DNA from: Octopus vulgaris
Lineage: Eukaryota
Direction of reading: 5' to 3'
Length of the DNA: 64,000 bases
Assembly (NCBI GenBank): GCA_951406725.2
Contig: OX597819.1
Location: 27,156,001 to 27,220,000 of the forward strand
The notes under the pieces were generated by a model. The model had not been told where the DNA came from and did no database searches. It saw nothing but the letters and a program-made list of their open reading frames with translations. Made by a program: the position numbers and the translations under genes. Shown here piece after piece: positions 13,126 through 27,200 of the stretch (positions within the stretch are counted from its first letter, which is position 1; each line of letters opens with the position of its first letter).

Positions 13126-13770
13126 CGACGTTGACGTTGGTGCTATTCTTTGTACCGATCGCTATATGTTGCCGGTGTAGCTGTTGGCTATTGGCGGTGC
13201 TGATTGTGACGCGGGGATTGGGGGTTGATGGTCATGGAATGATTGTATGGATAAGATGGCAATGACTGCCACTGTTTTTGCTGCTGCTGTTGTTGTAGTT
13301 GCTGCTGCAGCTACTGCTGTTTCCGTGGAGACAAAGGCTAAGGCTAAGGCGGCGGCGGCGAAGTCGACGGCGGAGCAGTAGTGATGGTGATGGTGATGGT
13401 GATAACAGGATTTATATAACGGTGTGACATAAAAAAAATATATGACGTCACAGCATGATAACGTGGACATTGACAGACAGAGATAGAGATCGAGAGAGAA
13501 AGAGAGAGAGAGGGAGAGAGAGAGAAAGAGACAGACAGACAGACAGAATTAAAGCAAGATGGGCGGGGGGAAATGGTGGAGGGCGTTGATGGGAGAGAAA
13601 GTGGGGTGTTCGGTGGAGGGGTTACTTAGAAAGAGAGAGCCGCAGGGTGTGAGTTAGGGTAGAGGGAGCTAAATTCTAAGCAGAGAACCGGGATCAACAA
13701 TATACAAACGTTTGTGCATTTGCATTATTTGGATGATTGGCACGAAAGTGGATATATATATATATATATA

Positions 13771-13832
<62 letters not shown>

Positions 13833-13947
13833 ATATACATGCCTGTGTGAGTGTGTGTACGTATCTATGTGCATATGTATATATGTAAGTATGTATGTAT
13901 GTATGTATGTATGTATGTATGTATGTTTGTATGTATGTATAGATAGT

Positions 13948-14012
<65 letters not shown>

Positions 14013-14186
14013 GGATGGATGGATGGATGGATAGATGGATAGATAGATAGATACATACATACATTCATACATACATACATACATACATACATACATACAT
14101 ACATACACAGATGCATATGTACGTAATATATTTATGCATTTATATACACATGTGTGTATGTATGTGTGTCTGTGTATACATACACT

Positions 14187-14222
<36 letters not shown>

Positions 14223-15396
14223 TATATAGTGAATACAAATGCGCACACGTAGGCATGCACGCACGCAGGCACATAACGTGCGCACATACATGATGGATAT
14301 AACGGGGCTATGCTTGCATTTAAGTGCTTCCAATATCTGCGCCGATCGCTATTGAAAAGTTATATATTTTTTTTCTCCCCCATTTCTTTTATCTGCTGCC
14401 ACAACATGCTTTTGTCGTGCTTTCAAAAATACGTGCTGGTATGGACAGGAACAAGAGACATTCCGTAGCAATGGCGGCAGTCAGACGGAAAATTAAGTCA
14501 CGTGTCAATGGAAACATGCGCAGAGTTATTTATTGACGTCAGCGGACATTCGCTTTCGTTTCAGATCTTTGCACAAATAAAAACAATGTCTAAGCACTGA
14601 CAGAGAATTGTAAATCATATGTAAATATTTATTTTGGCACACTTTCGTGACATTGGGAGTATGGTGTGTATACATCTGTCTATACGTCTGTCTGTCGTCT
14701 GCTGATTGGAGTGTGCAGTAGAGTAGAGGTTTTTTTTTTGTTTTTACGTATGAGTGTGTCTGCGCATGTGCATGTATACGCACATATGTTTGAGGATGTA
14801 TATAATCGTATGCACAAACGTACGCGCACACACATATTTATACGTGTTTGTATGTGTGTAAGTGTGTCTGTATGTTCATAGTAGTTACGTCATTTGGCCT
14901 GAGTTGAGAGACATTCGCATACACATACGCTCTCCCACAATCGCTCATACCCCTATATATTCATACATATACGTATGTACACACATATATGTGTGTATGC
15001 ATATATATGGGTGGGTGTGCATGTATACATACATGAGGGTGTGTATATATATATATGTTTTAAAATAACTTTTGCATTTGAAACCCTTAAAGAATGTCAT
15101 TTTATAACAGTCTCATCCTAAGTGCAATATAACCCCAAACACTTACCCTTTGTAGGGGATCTTGAAGTCAAAATCAATTTAAACCAAGATTAATTAAGTT
15201 TAAATGAATTTGATTTCTAAATGTGTCCTGTGATATATTTCAATAGGCATGGGCGTGTGGTTAAGAAGCTTACTTTGCGACCACGTGGTTTTAGGTTCAT
15301 TCCTATCGCGGGGCACCTTAGGCAAGTATCTTCTACTATAGGGCCGGACCGACTTGTGAGTAGATTAGATAGATGGAAACTGTGTAGAAGCCCATC

Positions 15397-15496
<100 letters not shown>

Positions 15497-15511
15497 GTTG
15501 CCCCAACGTAG

Positions 15512-16445
15512 CCACAAAAATAGGACTTACTCTAAAACAAGGAAAACATTCAAGTTTAACATCAATACAATTATTTCACCAGAGAATTTTAACTTGAAGC
15601 TAGTTCATCAAGAAACGATTGTGCCATACGACAAAAAGGTTTATTTCTTTCGTTAGCCTGTTTCGTAGTCTCAGAGATATTCAGAACAAATAAGAAACAT
15701 ATGGTGATGCTGTGATGTTTATATTGTTTCCAGTTAAATTAGACTTATATATTGAGGTAAAGTATGAAACCTGCTAATGAAATAAAATTCACATTTAGAC
15801 ACATCCACAAAATATTTGGAGAAAGAAGTGGATTTTTGACTAGCTATGCCTTTCTAAGAATCTCTAATAACAAAAAGAAAAGTTATGTGAAATAGCTTTT
15901 ACGGAAAATTAAATACATATTAGTCTTGCCGTAACGTCTCTTTTATTTGAATATCTAACCGCCAAATGAATTATGGCAGAACAGAATTTTACCCAAATCA
16001 GAAGGCACGAAATAAGCAATTTCAAAAGACAATTAAGTACCAATTTCTCTTTTTGAAATGCATACGATAAGTAATCTCTGAAAGCAAAAGGCTACCAGTT
16101 TCTGAAGGGAGAAGATTATTAATTTTTGTAAGTGTTTTTCTGTTCGATGATTTTTTACACTTATTAAAATATAAACATAAAGAATTTGCTTCAAGCGTGA
16201 ATCGGATCTACATAATATAATTCATTTACCGGAGGCTTAATTCTTACAATATAAATCCTTAAAATCCTTAAAAATGTTTTAGCCTGAAGGCCGCGGCCAT
16301 GCTGGGGCACCACCGCTGAATAATATAGTAAACAATAATTACTAAATTTAAGTTAAAATATATTTTAAGCTTGTGCGTTGCAGACGATTTCGTCAACAGC
16401 GGTATTTGAGATGCTCCTATTTCAGAGTAAGTACTATTTTTGCAG
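15512..16445 (+). mobile_element. Degenerate DNA transposon with inverted termini and possible hAT-like transposase relic
   Basis: AAAAATAGGACTTACTCTAAAA (~15516) is inverted at TTCAGAGTAAGTACTATTTTT (~16421-16441). The interior has a broken MKPA...HLDT..KYLEKEVDF segment reminiscent of Charlie/Buster hAT proteins. Confidence 0.45.
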
Positions 16446-16447
16446 TT

Positions 16448-17008
16448 TTTATTACCCCCAGCTTAGGGAAGGCGGAGGTATTGTTTAGCGGTATTTCGTC
16501 TGCCGCTACGTTCTGAGTTCAAATTCCGCCGAGGTCGACTTTGCCTTTCATCCTTTCGGGGTCGATAAATTAAGTACCAGTTACGCACTGGGGTCGATGT
16601 AATCGACTTAATACCTATGTCTGTCCTTGTTTGTCCCCTCTGTGTTTAGCCCCCTGTGGGTAATAAAGAAATAGGCATTGTTTTTCAGTCGTATATATTT
16701 GTTTGTTTGTCCGTGGACAAGATATCTCAAAAACCGCTGGATGGATTCGGATGAAACTTTCAAGGATGTTTGGCCTTGTTGCTGGCACAAACTGTTTAGA
16801 TTTTGGAATCGATGCGGTACCGGACAAGGATTGTGTATTGTCTTTCCGTTTTTTTTCACTTAACTTTTGAGAGCAATCGGGTTTATTTTTAGTATTCTCG
16901 TTTGTGATAAACAGGCGAGTTTATTTCGGATATTTTCATGTTAAAAATCGTTGAGAGGACGTTGGTGTTGCCTTGGTGGAGGTTTGCGCTTTCTGAGTCC
17001 TCTTGTTT
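16448..17008 (+). mobile_element. Helentron-associated (HINE/DINE-1-like) non-autonomous element, interrupted by a family B SINE (16486-16676)
   Basis: Starts TTATTACC...GGCGGAGGTATTGTTT, has an internal GTTTGTTTGTCCG tract, and ends CCTTGGTGGAGGTTTGCGCTTTCTGAGT. ATTGTTT flanks the SINE on both sides as a possible target-site duplication. Confidence 0.6.
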
Positions 17009-17874
17009 ACTATTATATTTAATTGAAAGATAAGCGAACAGACACTACAAAGAAATATAATTTCAAAACTACAGAAAGTTGTCGTGGGTGGATAGATAGA
17101 AACAAAAAATAATGAAAATTAAAAGCAAAACTTAATGGCCGCTGTTCTCGGGGAGTTGCATGTAGGGAGCAAAACACTAAAGCACTGAAATTTTCCTCTA
17201 TACATACATACATGTATTTATACATACATGCACACACATACACACACACACACACACACACGTATGTATGTATGTATGTATGTATGTATGTATGTATGTA
17301 TGTATGTATGTATGTATATGGGAAATCGTGAACCGAAACAAAGCCTTAATTTCCCAGGAGACATTAAATGTATAACAGATACTACGTAGCGAACCATTTA
17401 GTTGAAAAGTACGCTTATTAAAAGATAACGCCAAATGACTTTTGTGCATGGGTGTGTACGTATGCGCGGGTTTTGTGTGTATACATACATATATAGACTT
17501 GTACAAATATGTGTGAGCGTGAAATTTGTACGTGTAGGGAATACGATCAAATGCAAGACAAAGGAAAGGATTAAATAAACAAACTAATTTCTTTAGGTTC
17601 CTGTACACTGGGTACAACGAGTATTCTAAAAAAAAACTCGGTAAGTTTCTAGCAAACGAAATCTTTGAACCGATTTCAATCCGCTTCCAAACCAGTTTGG
17701 AACTGGTTTTCTTGACTGTAGCTCCATCACATTACTGAAACCGTTACACTAATTTTCTATATTCAGAAAAATTTAAATTTTCTGAAAAACCTATTTGCTC
17801 AACTAATGGGTATTTTCTAAAATACTATACGCACAACGTATAGGATTATAGGATTCATATATAGTTCAGACATA

Positions 17875-18272
17875 CAGAGTCCGCCAAAACAATGTATACA
17901 CACTTCAGTAAAGGAAAAAAAATCTGTATAAATATAAAGAATAAAAAGTTTAGAATGGTAAAACAATGCACTATAATACAAAACATGGACTATACACCTG
18001 TTGTAATTTAGTTATCCATAGTCCGATGATATTTCGGAATAAAATTCCTTCTTCAGATATTCTTAGATGGAGTCTCTGCTCTAATCGGTTTTCTCCTGTA
18101 TAAATATTTTTATTCAGTGTTATTGCAATTTATTCAGTGTTATCGCAATTTGATAAATCATCAAAAGAGGTATTTATATTTATAGAGGTACTTATATAAG
18201 TTAAATATTTATACAGATTTTTCCTTTCTTGGTGTGTGTATACATTTTTTTTTTTTATTTTGGCGGACTCAG
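17875..18272. mobile_element. Tc1/mariner-type MITE
   Basis: TA|CAGAGTCCGCCAAAA ... TTTTGGCGGACTCAG|TA, with the inverted match extending through ATGTATACACAC and AAATCTGTATAAATAT. Confidence 0.8.
18022..18062 (-). ncRNA. Hammerhead-like motif nested in the MITE
   Basis: CTGAAGA a ggaat-ttt-attcc GAAAT ATC. Stem II is perfect and stem I is weak. Confidence 0.5.
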
Positions 18273-18502
18273 TATTGTATCCAGATCTACAATATTCAAT
18301 ATATCCTTTCTATTTAAAGATAGCAGAGTGTGATTTGAGAAGATATCTTGGGTGTTATTTCTTGCAAAAAAAGACGGCTACATAGGACCTCTTGCATTGG
18401 CAATTTGCTCTTGTTTAATTCCAGGTCAGATCTGATTCAGCAGACACACAATCAGAGATTCACAATATGACCATCAGATTTATGTTCGTTTTTCAGGCAT
18501 AC

Positions 18503-18893
18503 TCTTTTACTTGTTTCAGTCATTTGACTGTGGCCATGCTGGAGCACCGCCTTTAGTCGAGCAAATCGACCCCAAGGCTTATTCTCTGTAAGCGTAGTAC
18601 ATATTCTATCGGTCTCTTTTGCCGAACCGCTAAGTGACGGGGACGTAAACACACCAGCATCGGTTGTCAAGCGATGTTGGGGGGACAAACACAGACACAC
18701 GAACATATACACATACACATACATATACATATATATATATATATACGAAGGTATATATATGTATACCGTTTCCGTCTACCAAAGCCACTCACAAAGCTTT
18801 GGTCGGCGCGAGGCTATAGTAGAAGACACTTGCCCAAGGTGCCTCGCAGTGGGACTGAACCCGGAACCATGTGGCTGGTAAGCAAGCTACTTA
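18503..18893 (-). mobile_element. tRNA-SINE family A, near full length
   Basis: Reverse complement of 21693-22095. Confidence 0.9.
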
Positions 18894-18898
18894 CGCCT

Positions 18899-19121
18899 TC
18901 GTGAACCCTTTTGATTCCTATGTTACATGGATGGACCCTCAAAGCCATTCAATGTTTAAAAAATGTTACATTTTTATAATTAAATATCATTAGGAGTTAT
19001 ATCCAAAAAATTATAATTTGGTGTGTACTGTACAAGTACAAACAGTTTATTGCATATACATTTTAACATCAAAATCTTATATGGACCCAAGGGTCAACTG
19101 GACGCTGGTCGAGAACCCCTG
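18899..19121. mobile_element. Possible hAT-type MITE fragment
   Basis: Ends in GGTCGAGAACCCCTG, the reverse complement of a CAGGGGTTCTC hAT-like TIR. The other end was not found. Confidence 0.35.
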
Positions 19122-19547
19122 AGATATGACGCGTGAGGATATGCGTGTATTTACATGTATGTCTATGTGTACAAAAGTTATACAAGGAGCTACAGTAAGA
19201 TAATATTGATGTGATGGCAGAGTGCTCCAACGAGGTATCGCTTCAAATATCATCAGAGTGGCCATGGAGGGTTCGATATTTGGGTTCCACTCTTCTATAT
19301 TAAATCATGTCATATCAACAGAAATCAACAGTCGATTAGATCGGTGCCAGTACTTGACTGGGATCTTGTTATATCGATTCCAGAAGGATAAATGACAAAT
19401 TGAACTTGGAGCGAGTTAACCTCTGAACGTGATGACCTGGACAAATTTCTCAAGAGCGTTTTATCTAAAGCCATTATAATTCACTTAATCCACCTGATAT
19501 ATGTGTGTTTGTGTGTGTATATGTGTGTGTTTATGTATATATGTCTC

Positions 19548-19609
<62 letters not shown>

Positions 19610-20030
19610 CATATATATACGCATTATGAGTGTGCGTGCGTGTGCGTGTGTATGTGTGTATGTGTGTGCGTGCGCGTAAATTACATAAATGTTTCAGATT
19701 TTGGAACAACGCCAGCAAATGGGGTGGTGTAGCCTGTTACATCGCCCCCCAATACGTGCCTCTTTTCACTGGCACATTATTTTATTGATTCCTCAGGGTT
19801 GAAAGGCAAAATTAACCTCGGTGGTATTTGAACTCAGAAGGGAAAGGCCAGAAGAAATGCTGCTAAACATTTAGTCGAACGCGGTAACGGTTCTGCCAGC
19901 TAGCAGCCTTATATCTGTGTGTGCGTAGGTTCGTGTGTACTTGTATGTGCTTGTGTGGTGTGAGTGTGTGTGTACTTGTGTGTGTGTGTGTGTGTACTTG
20001 TGTTTGCTTGTGTGTGTGTGTATTTATTTA

Positions 20031-20066
<36 letters not shown>

Positions 20067-20438
20067 TGTATATGGTGCACTTTTTAAGAAAGTATGTGTA
20101 TATGTGTATGATGTGTTGTAACGGCACTAATATAGGGTGCTACAGACAGTAGACAGATATATTTTAGATTTATATACATTACATATAGATATATGTGTGT
20201 GTGTGTATGTGTGTGTGTGTGTGTGCCTGTGTGTCTCTGTGTGTATGTGTGTGTTACACAGATAGACGCACACATATCAATAGTCACTTATCTCTCTAAC
20301 CATCCCAACTTTTACATCTCCCTGAGAAATGTGTGTGTGTGTGTGTGTGTGTGTTTGTGTGTGTGTGAGAGTGTGTGTGTGTGTGTGTGTGTGTTTGTGT
20401 GTGTGTTTGTGTGTGTGTGAGTGTGTTTGTGTGTGTGT

Positions 20439-20497
<59 letters not shown>

Positions 20498-21632
20498 TGT
20501 GTTTGTGTGTGTGTGTTTGTGTGTGTGTTTGTGTGTGTGTGTTTGTGTGTGTGTTTGTGTGTGTGAGTGTGTTTGTGTGTGTGTTTGTGTGTGTGTGTGA
20601 GTGTGTTTGTATGTGTGAGTATGTTTGTGTGTGTGTGTGTGTGAGAGTGTGTTTGTGTGTGTGTGCGCGTGCGATCGCGCGTTCTAGCATCCGTACGTGC
20701 GAGCGGGTGCTTGTATGGTACTTGATTTAATTTTCTCTACACTGGCGTATGGCGGGCTAAAATGGAAAAGGCAGACAGACTTAAGTGTTGTTGAAGTGTT
20801 CGAGGGGTCAAGAGACTCTCTTCATTGATCGTAGCCTTTCTGAAACAGATGAAGGTCACAACAGCAACAACAACAACAACAGCAACAAGAGCAACAGCAG
20901 CAGAAACAACAACAACAAATATGATGACGGTGAAGGATTCGTATAAGAAAGTAAGAGAGAGAGAGACTTTGTGTGGATGTGTGGGTGATTGTATGTGTGT
21001 GTGTTTATGTTTATGTGTGTGTATATGAGTGTGTGTTTGCGTTTGCGTTTGCGTTTGTGTGTGTGTGTGTGTTCCGTTCCAGTTGGTTACCATGCATGGC
21101 GTGTTAAAGGGTAGGGAATCCTCGTGTTTAAGGAATCGTCTTCATATATCAGAACAGCTGAATCTGTCGTCTAATTTCGATTAACTCTGAGAAAAAAATG
21201 AGATAAGGGACAATCAAAAGCAGAAATAATCTAATCGCACCGATTCCACAGAATATTTTTCTCGAGAGTTTCTCTATTGCTGCACCCTATCTATCTTACA
21301 CACACGCACGTACACACCCATACACACATACATACACATATATATACAAACGCATACATCTTCTTCCTCGCCTCTTTTTATCTACAGTCATAGATCGATG
21401 TGTTTACTCATACATTCGTACACTCCTACACACTCACTGATGTCTATATGTATGTAGACAGAATAGTTTAACAGATAGATGAATGAATAAGCAGATTAAG
21501 ACAGATAGAAAGACAGACAAACAGACAGCAACATAGACAGACTGATAGATAGACAGAGAGACAGATAAACAGTTAGACAAAGAGACTTATAGATAGACAA
21601 ATACATACATCGACAAACGTGTGTGTGTGTGT

Positions 21633-21692
<60 letters not shown>

Positions 21693-21696
<4 letters not shown>

Positions 21697-22095
21697 GCTG
21701 TGTGGTAAGTAGCTTGCTTACCAACCACATGGTTCCGGGTTCAGTCCCACTGCGTGGCACCTTGAGCAAGTGTCTTCTGCTATAGCCTTGGGCCGACCAA
21801 AGCCTTGTGCGTGGATTTGGTAGACGGAAACTGAAGAAGCCTGTCGTATATATGTATATATATATATGTGTGTGTGTATGCTTGTGTGTCTGCGTTTGTC
21901 CCCCTAGCATTGCTTGACAACTGATGCTGATGTGTTTACGTCCCCGTCACTTAGCGGTTCGACAAAAAGAGACCGATATAATAAGTACTAGGCTTACAAA
22001 GAATAAGTCCTGGGGTCGATTTGCTAGACTAAAAAGGCGGTGCTCCAGCATGGCCGCAGTCAAATGACTGAAACAAGTAAAAGAGTAAAGAGTAT
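21693..22095 (+). mobile_element. tRNA-SINE family A, full length, with internal TA/TG microsatellite
   Basis: A box TGGCTGTGTGG, B-box-like GGTTCAGTCCC, central CCTTGRGCAAG and (AAGAGTA)n tail. More than 10 copies or fragments occur in the window. Confidence 0.9.
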
Positions 22096-22150
22096 ATATA
22101 TATTCATACTTTTATATGTGTGTGTCCCTATATACGTGTGCGAGTGTATA

Positions 22151-22203
<53 letters not shown>

Positions 22204-22208
22204 ATAAT

Positions 22209-22440
22209 ATGTGACAATTATTCGGTAGCCATGATAAAACTCCGAGTTTCGGATGTCGGGGCGGAAACCCACGCCACCATCTCTTCAGTTATCCGGCCAT
22301 CGAGAAAATCCGCCCCGACATCCGAAACTCGGAGTTCTATCATGGCTACCGAATAATTGTCACATTTACAGATAAATTCCTCTATATACATAATATCGAG
22401 GTCTCTTTCATTCTTTTGTTGTCTTGCCATTTCTATCAAT
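22209..22440. mobile_element. Inverted-repeat Penelope-like terminus containing a well-formed hammerhead (22233-22293, -)
   Basis: 57-bp arms at 22209-22265 and 22309-22365 with one mismatch. Minus strand reads gataa CTGAAGA gatg...catc c GAAAC tcgga GTT ttatc. Confidence 0.75.
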
Positions 22441-22451
22441 ATATATTTATA

Positions 22452-22947
22452 TCTTTATTGCCTACAGGGGGCTAAACATAGAGGGAACAAACAAGGACAG
22501 ACAAAGGGTTTAAGTTCACTGATACTTATTTAATCGACCCCGAAAGGATGAAAAGCAAACTCGACCTCGGCGGAGTTTGAACTCAGAATGTAACGGCAAA
22601 CACCGCTAAGCATTTCGCCCGGCGTACTAACGTTTCTTATTTCTTTATTGCCCACAAGGGGCAAAGTGGACCTCGGCGGAATTTGAACTCAGAACGTAAC
22701 TTCAGACGAAATACCTGTTTCTTTACGACCCACAAGGGGCTAAACACAGAAAGGACAAACAAGGACAAACAAATGGATTAAGTCGATTATATCGACTCCA
22801 GTACGTAACTGGTACTTATTTAATAGACCCCAAAAGAATGAAAGGCAAAGTCGACCTCGGCGGATTTTGAACTCAGAACGTAGCGGCAGACGAAATACTG
22901 CTAAGTATTCCGGCCGGTCTGCTAACGTTTCTGCCTGCTCGCCGCCT
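22452..22947 (-). mobile_element. tRNA-SINE family B, head-to-tail multimer
   Basis: Three successive GACCTCGGCGGA..TTGAACTCAGAA units. Only the last has the complete 5' head. Confidence 0.85.
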
Positions 22948-22959
22948 TTTTCAGACAAA

Positions 22960-23260
22960 AATATTGAAAACAAAGAAGTATAAATGATCTCAAAAGAATG
23001 TCTTATTAAAAGCAGCAATATCAACAACGTGTGAGACCTTGGCAGCAAAAATGACAGTTGTTCCAGTTACCATTGGAACGTAAGAGGGAATGTCGAGAAA
23101 ATTATCCTACAAAGTGGAACTGATATACATCCGTACGGTCATGCAAGTCATCTAATAAATAAACAAAAGAAAGAAAGAAACAAACAAACAACCACACAAA
23201 GAAATCCTTCCTTTGAACAGCTCATATTTTTAGGAAACCAATTTTGTGTCTAAGGCTTGT
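22960..23260 (+). mobile_element. R4/Dong-like (RLE) non-LTR retrotransposon 3' relic
   Basis: Broken translation ...MTVVPVTIGT... and ...KSFL*TAHIFRK resembles the VVPVIIGxLG / QKxxLLGTAHILRK C-terminus of R4-clade ORFs. Confidence 0.55.
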
Positions 23261-24046
23261 TTTTTTTGTTTTGTTAAAGCGTCACAGTTTGAGGATGGCA
23301 AAAGGAAAAGACAAACAATATGTTAGATCCATATTGTGCAATAGAGAAATAATAATGATATGATCATTGATTACTATGGCAATCACGACGATGACAACGG
23401 CAACAGTAATGGTGGTGATGGTGGTGGTGGTGGTGGTGGTGGAGCCGGCAGCGGAGGATGTGATGGTGATGGAGGCTGTGATGGCAATTGGTGGCGGTGC
23501 GGGCGGCAGAAAGGGGTGATGCCGGCAGCGGCGGCGGCGGCAGCGGCTGGGAAGGCGGCAGAGGTGGAAAAGATGGGGGTGGGGAAGGAGACGGCAATGG
23601 GGTGGCGGTGGGGAGGTAGCGACGATTGGGGGCGGCGGAGGAGCAGGCGGCGAGGAAAAGCGGCGGCGCCAGGGAAAGGGTCGACAGCGGTGGCAACGAT
23701 GACGGAAGCAGCTGTGAGGACATGGACAACGATTTTGCAACCAAGCCCCCCAAACCCTGCTCTCGCCCCCTCTCTCTCTCTCTCTCCCTTCCTCCTCCTT
23801 CTCCTTCTCCTTCTTCCCCAAAAAGATGTCCATCGATTATGATGCGATCGATAAGGAAAATGAAGAAGCCAGCCAATCAATAAATTGTATAACTGCCAGT
23901 CAATGAGAATTGAAACACTGAAACATTCCAACGTGAATGTAAGCTTTACTGTCGCTACATGCGTCAGACTTATAAACATTCACAGTCACGTCCCACATGT
24001 TCGGAATTATTTTCTAACTGTGTTTGTGTAAGTGTATATATGTATG

Positions 24047-24114
<68 letters not shown>

Positions 24115-24407
24115 TATATGTGTGTGTGATTGCATGACCATGTATGCGCACGTGTGTGTACATGTGAAGGAGAAGACTGTGTATATCCATGTGTGAGAGC
24201 ATGTTCTGTGTATGCGGATGTGTGCTGTATGTATGTGGATGTGTATATAAATGTATTTACATGTGTGTGAGTGTGTGTGAGCATGAATATATATATATAT
24301 ATATATATGTTTGCGTCTATGTGCATGAGTATATTATATAAACATATATATATATATATATGTGTATATATATATGTATGTGTGTCTGTGTGTTTTTTGT
24401 CTGTATG

Positions 24408-24438
<31 letters not shown>

Positions 24439-24562
24439 GTATATGTGTGTCTGTCTGTGTGTGTGTGTGTGTGTATTTACGTGTGTGTGTGTATACACGT
24501 GCCTACATGATGCGGGTATATCTATATATGTGTAAATACGTATGCATATATCTGAGTGTATG

Positions 24563-24605
<43 letters not shown>

Positions 24606-24671
24606 GCATATCGATGCATGTAGATATGCATATGTATGTTTACATGTGTGTGCGTGTGTATGTGTGTATGT

Positions 24672-25091
24672 TTCTTATTTCTTTATTGCTCACAAGGAGC
24701 TAAACATAGTGAGGACAAACAAGGACAGACATGGGGATTAAGTCGATTAAATCGACCCCAGTGTGTAACTGGTACTAATTCAATCGACCCCGAAAGGATG
24801 AAAGGCAAAGTCGACCTCGGCGGAATTTGAACTTAGAACGTAGCGGCAGACGAAATACCTATTTCTTTATTACCCACAAGGGGCTAAACACAGAGGGGAC
24901 AAACAAGGACAGACAAACTGATAAAGTCGATTACATCGATCCCAGTGCGTAACTGGTACTTAATTTATCGACCCCGAAAGGATGAAAGGCAAAGTCGACC
25001 TCGGCGGAATTTGAACTCAGGACGTAGCGGCAGACGAAATACCGATAAGCATTTCGCCCGGCGTGCTAACGATTCTGCCAGCTCGCCGCCT
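24672..25091 (-). mobile_element. tRNA-SINE family B, tandem dimer
   Basis: Two ~190-bp head-to-tail units. Only the second carries the full head. Confidence 0.9.
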
Positions 25092-25879
25092 TGTATGTGT
25101 GTATGTTTGTATCTGTATGCTTGTATGTGCATAAGTGATTGTGTGTGTTTACATGTGTGTGTATGTGTGTTTGTATGCGTAAAATTGTATATGTACGAAC
25201 GAATGTGCGTGTGTGTGTGTATCTATATGTATATGTGTGTATGCATGCGGATACGGATGCGTGTATTTGTGAGTATGCAACGCTTTTAATGTGTCGTGGA
25301 GTTCAATACTCCCCGGGATGTAAAGTGAATTCATCGCCATACGATACTGCTTTTCTTTACAGCCAATTACCATAGGAAAAACCCCGAAACAAAACAAACA
25401 AAACGTGTTACGTGACAACACTAAGCGACACTGTTTGCTGGGAAACCCCAGCATCATTTGAAACAGGTACTGCATGAACTAGAACGCATACCCGTTTTTA
25501 CTTGTTCTTGGTGGCGAGAATCAGTCACAGATTCCCCCGGAAGAATGTCACTCGGAAGTAGCGAAAGCTAGCAACGTGGCCGCCTTCATGGTTACGTGCA
25601 TCCCACAACCTTCAAAGAGATGCCGAGAAGGTTGCGGTCGAATGATTATGACATCAGTCATGATCGACAGCAGCCTGTGTATGTCACTGTGTTTGTGTGT
25701 GTGTGTGTTTATGTGTGTGTGTGTGTGTGTGTATGTGTGTGTGTGTGTATGCGTATTTGTGTGTGTTTGTGTATGTGTATATGTCTGTTTGAGTGCATTA
25801 CAAGAGGCAGCGTAAATCTCCACCTCGCTCGACAAAATGCACCACTGCCTACCACGACCATCACCAAACTCCTCCTCGA

Positions 25880-25917
<38 letters not shown>

Positions 25918-26098
25918 CCTAGCACCGTTGCTGTCGCTATCGTCATCATCATCATCATCATTATCATCATCATCATCGTCGTTGTCTTCGTCTCTGTCAT
26001 TGCCATTACCAGCACGGTTTTTCTCATTACTCTCCAGATGACACAGATGGTAAATAGCCGTCGTTGTCGTTGTCATCATCATATTATTATTATTTTTT

Positions 26099-26272
<174 letters not shown>

Positions 26273-26288
26273 TAATTGTTGTTGTTAC

Positions 26289-26321
<33 letters not shown>

Positions 26322-27200
26322 CATTATATTATTATTATTATTATATTATTATTGTTATTATTATTATTAATATTATCAAAAAATTTTCTAATCATCATCG
26401 TTATCATCATCGTTGTTAAAACGTCGCGTCAATATCGTCATCATCATGATCGCGATCAATGTTATCACCATTATTATTGCCTCTGTCATCATAACCATTT
26501 GATCAATATCCTTATCATCACCATCATTGACATCATCATCATCATCATCATCGTCATCATCAATACCAGCATCATTGTCGTCATTATATCTTCATTATCA
26601 TTTTAATAATTATCGTCAACATCTTAATGTTCACGTCGTAAAACATAACTACTCACTTATCAACATAACTACCACCACCATCACCACCATTTTCGTCACC
26701 ATTGTCATCATCGTCGTCATCATCATCATCATCATCATTATCATCGTCGTCGTCGTCATCATATTAATATTTTTATCATCATCCTTATCGCCAGCATAAA
26801 CACACTGACACTCCTCGTCCTCCTCCTTCTCCTTATCATCATCAACATCATCAGCAACAGCATCATTATCATCATTATCGTCGCCGTCGTCGTCGTCATC
26901 ATCACCATCATCATCATCGTTAATACTACAGCCCTGAACATCAACTTTAAATGGGCATTGCATTTGGTAAATGCATTAAAATACATGCTAGGAATGGTAC
27001 AGATATAGATAACAAAGTACATTTTTTTACTGGTTTTACTCATTGACTGCAGCCATTTTGGGGCACTGCCTTAACAGATTTTGTCAAATACTTATATTGA
27101 CGTCTATACTCCGTCTGATACTCATTTTGAGTAATCTTTATATATGGGATGGTCGAGTAAACTTAACTTTAGACAGTTAGTGACATAAATACATTTACTA

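Noticed and set aside
23282-23979. GC-rich overlapping ORFs of 160-200 aa on both strands
   Set aside because: This is (GGC/GGT)n low-complexity sequence that is open in several frames, with no domain.
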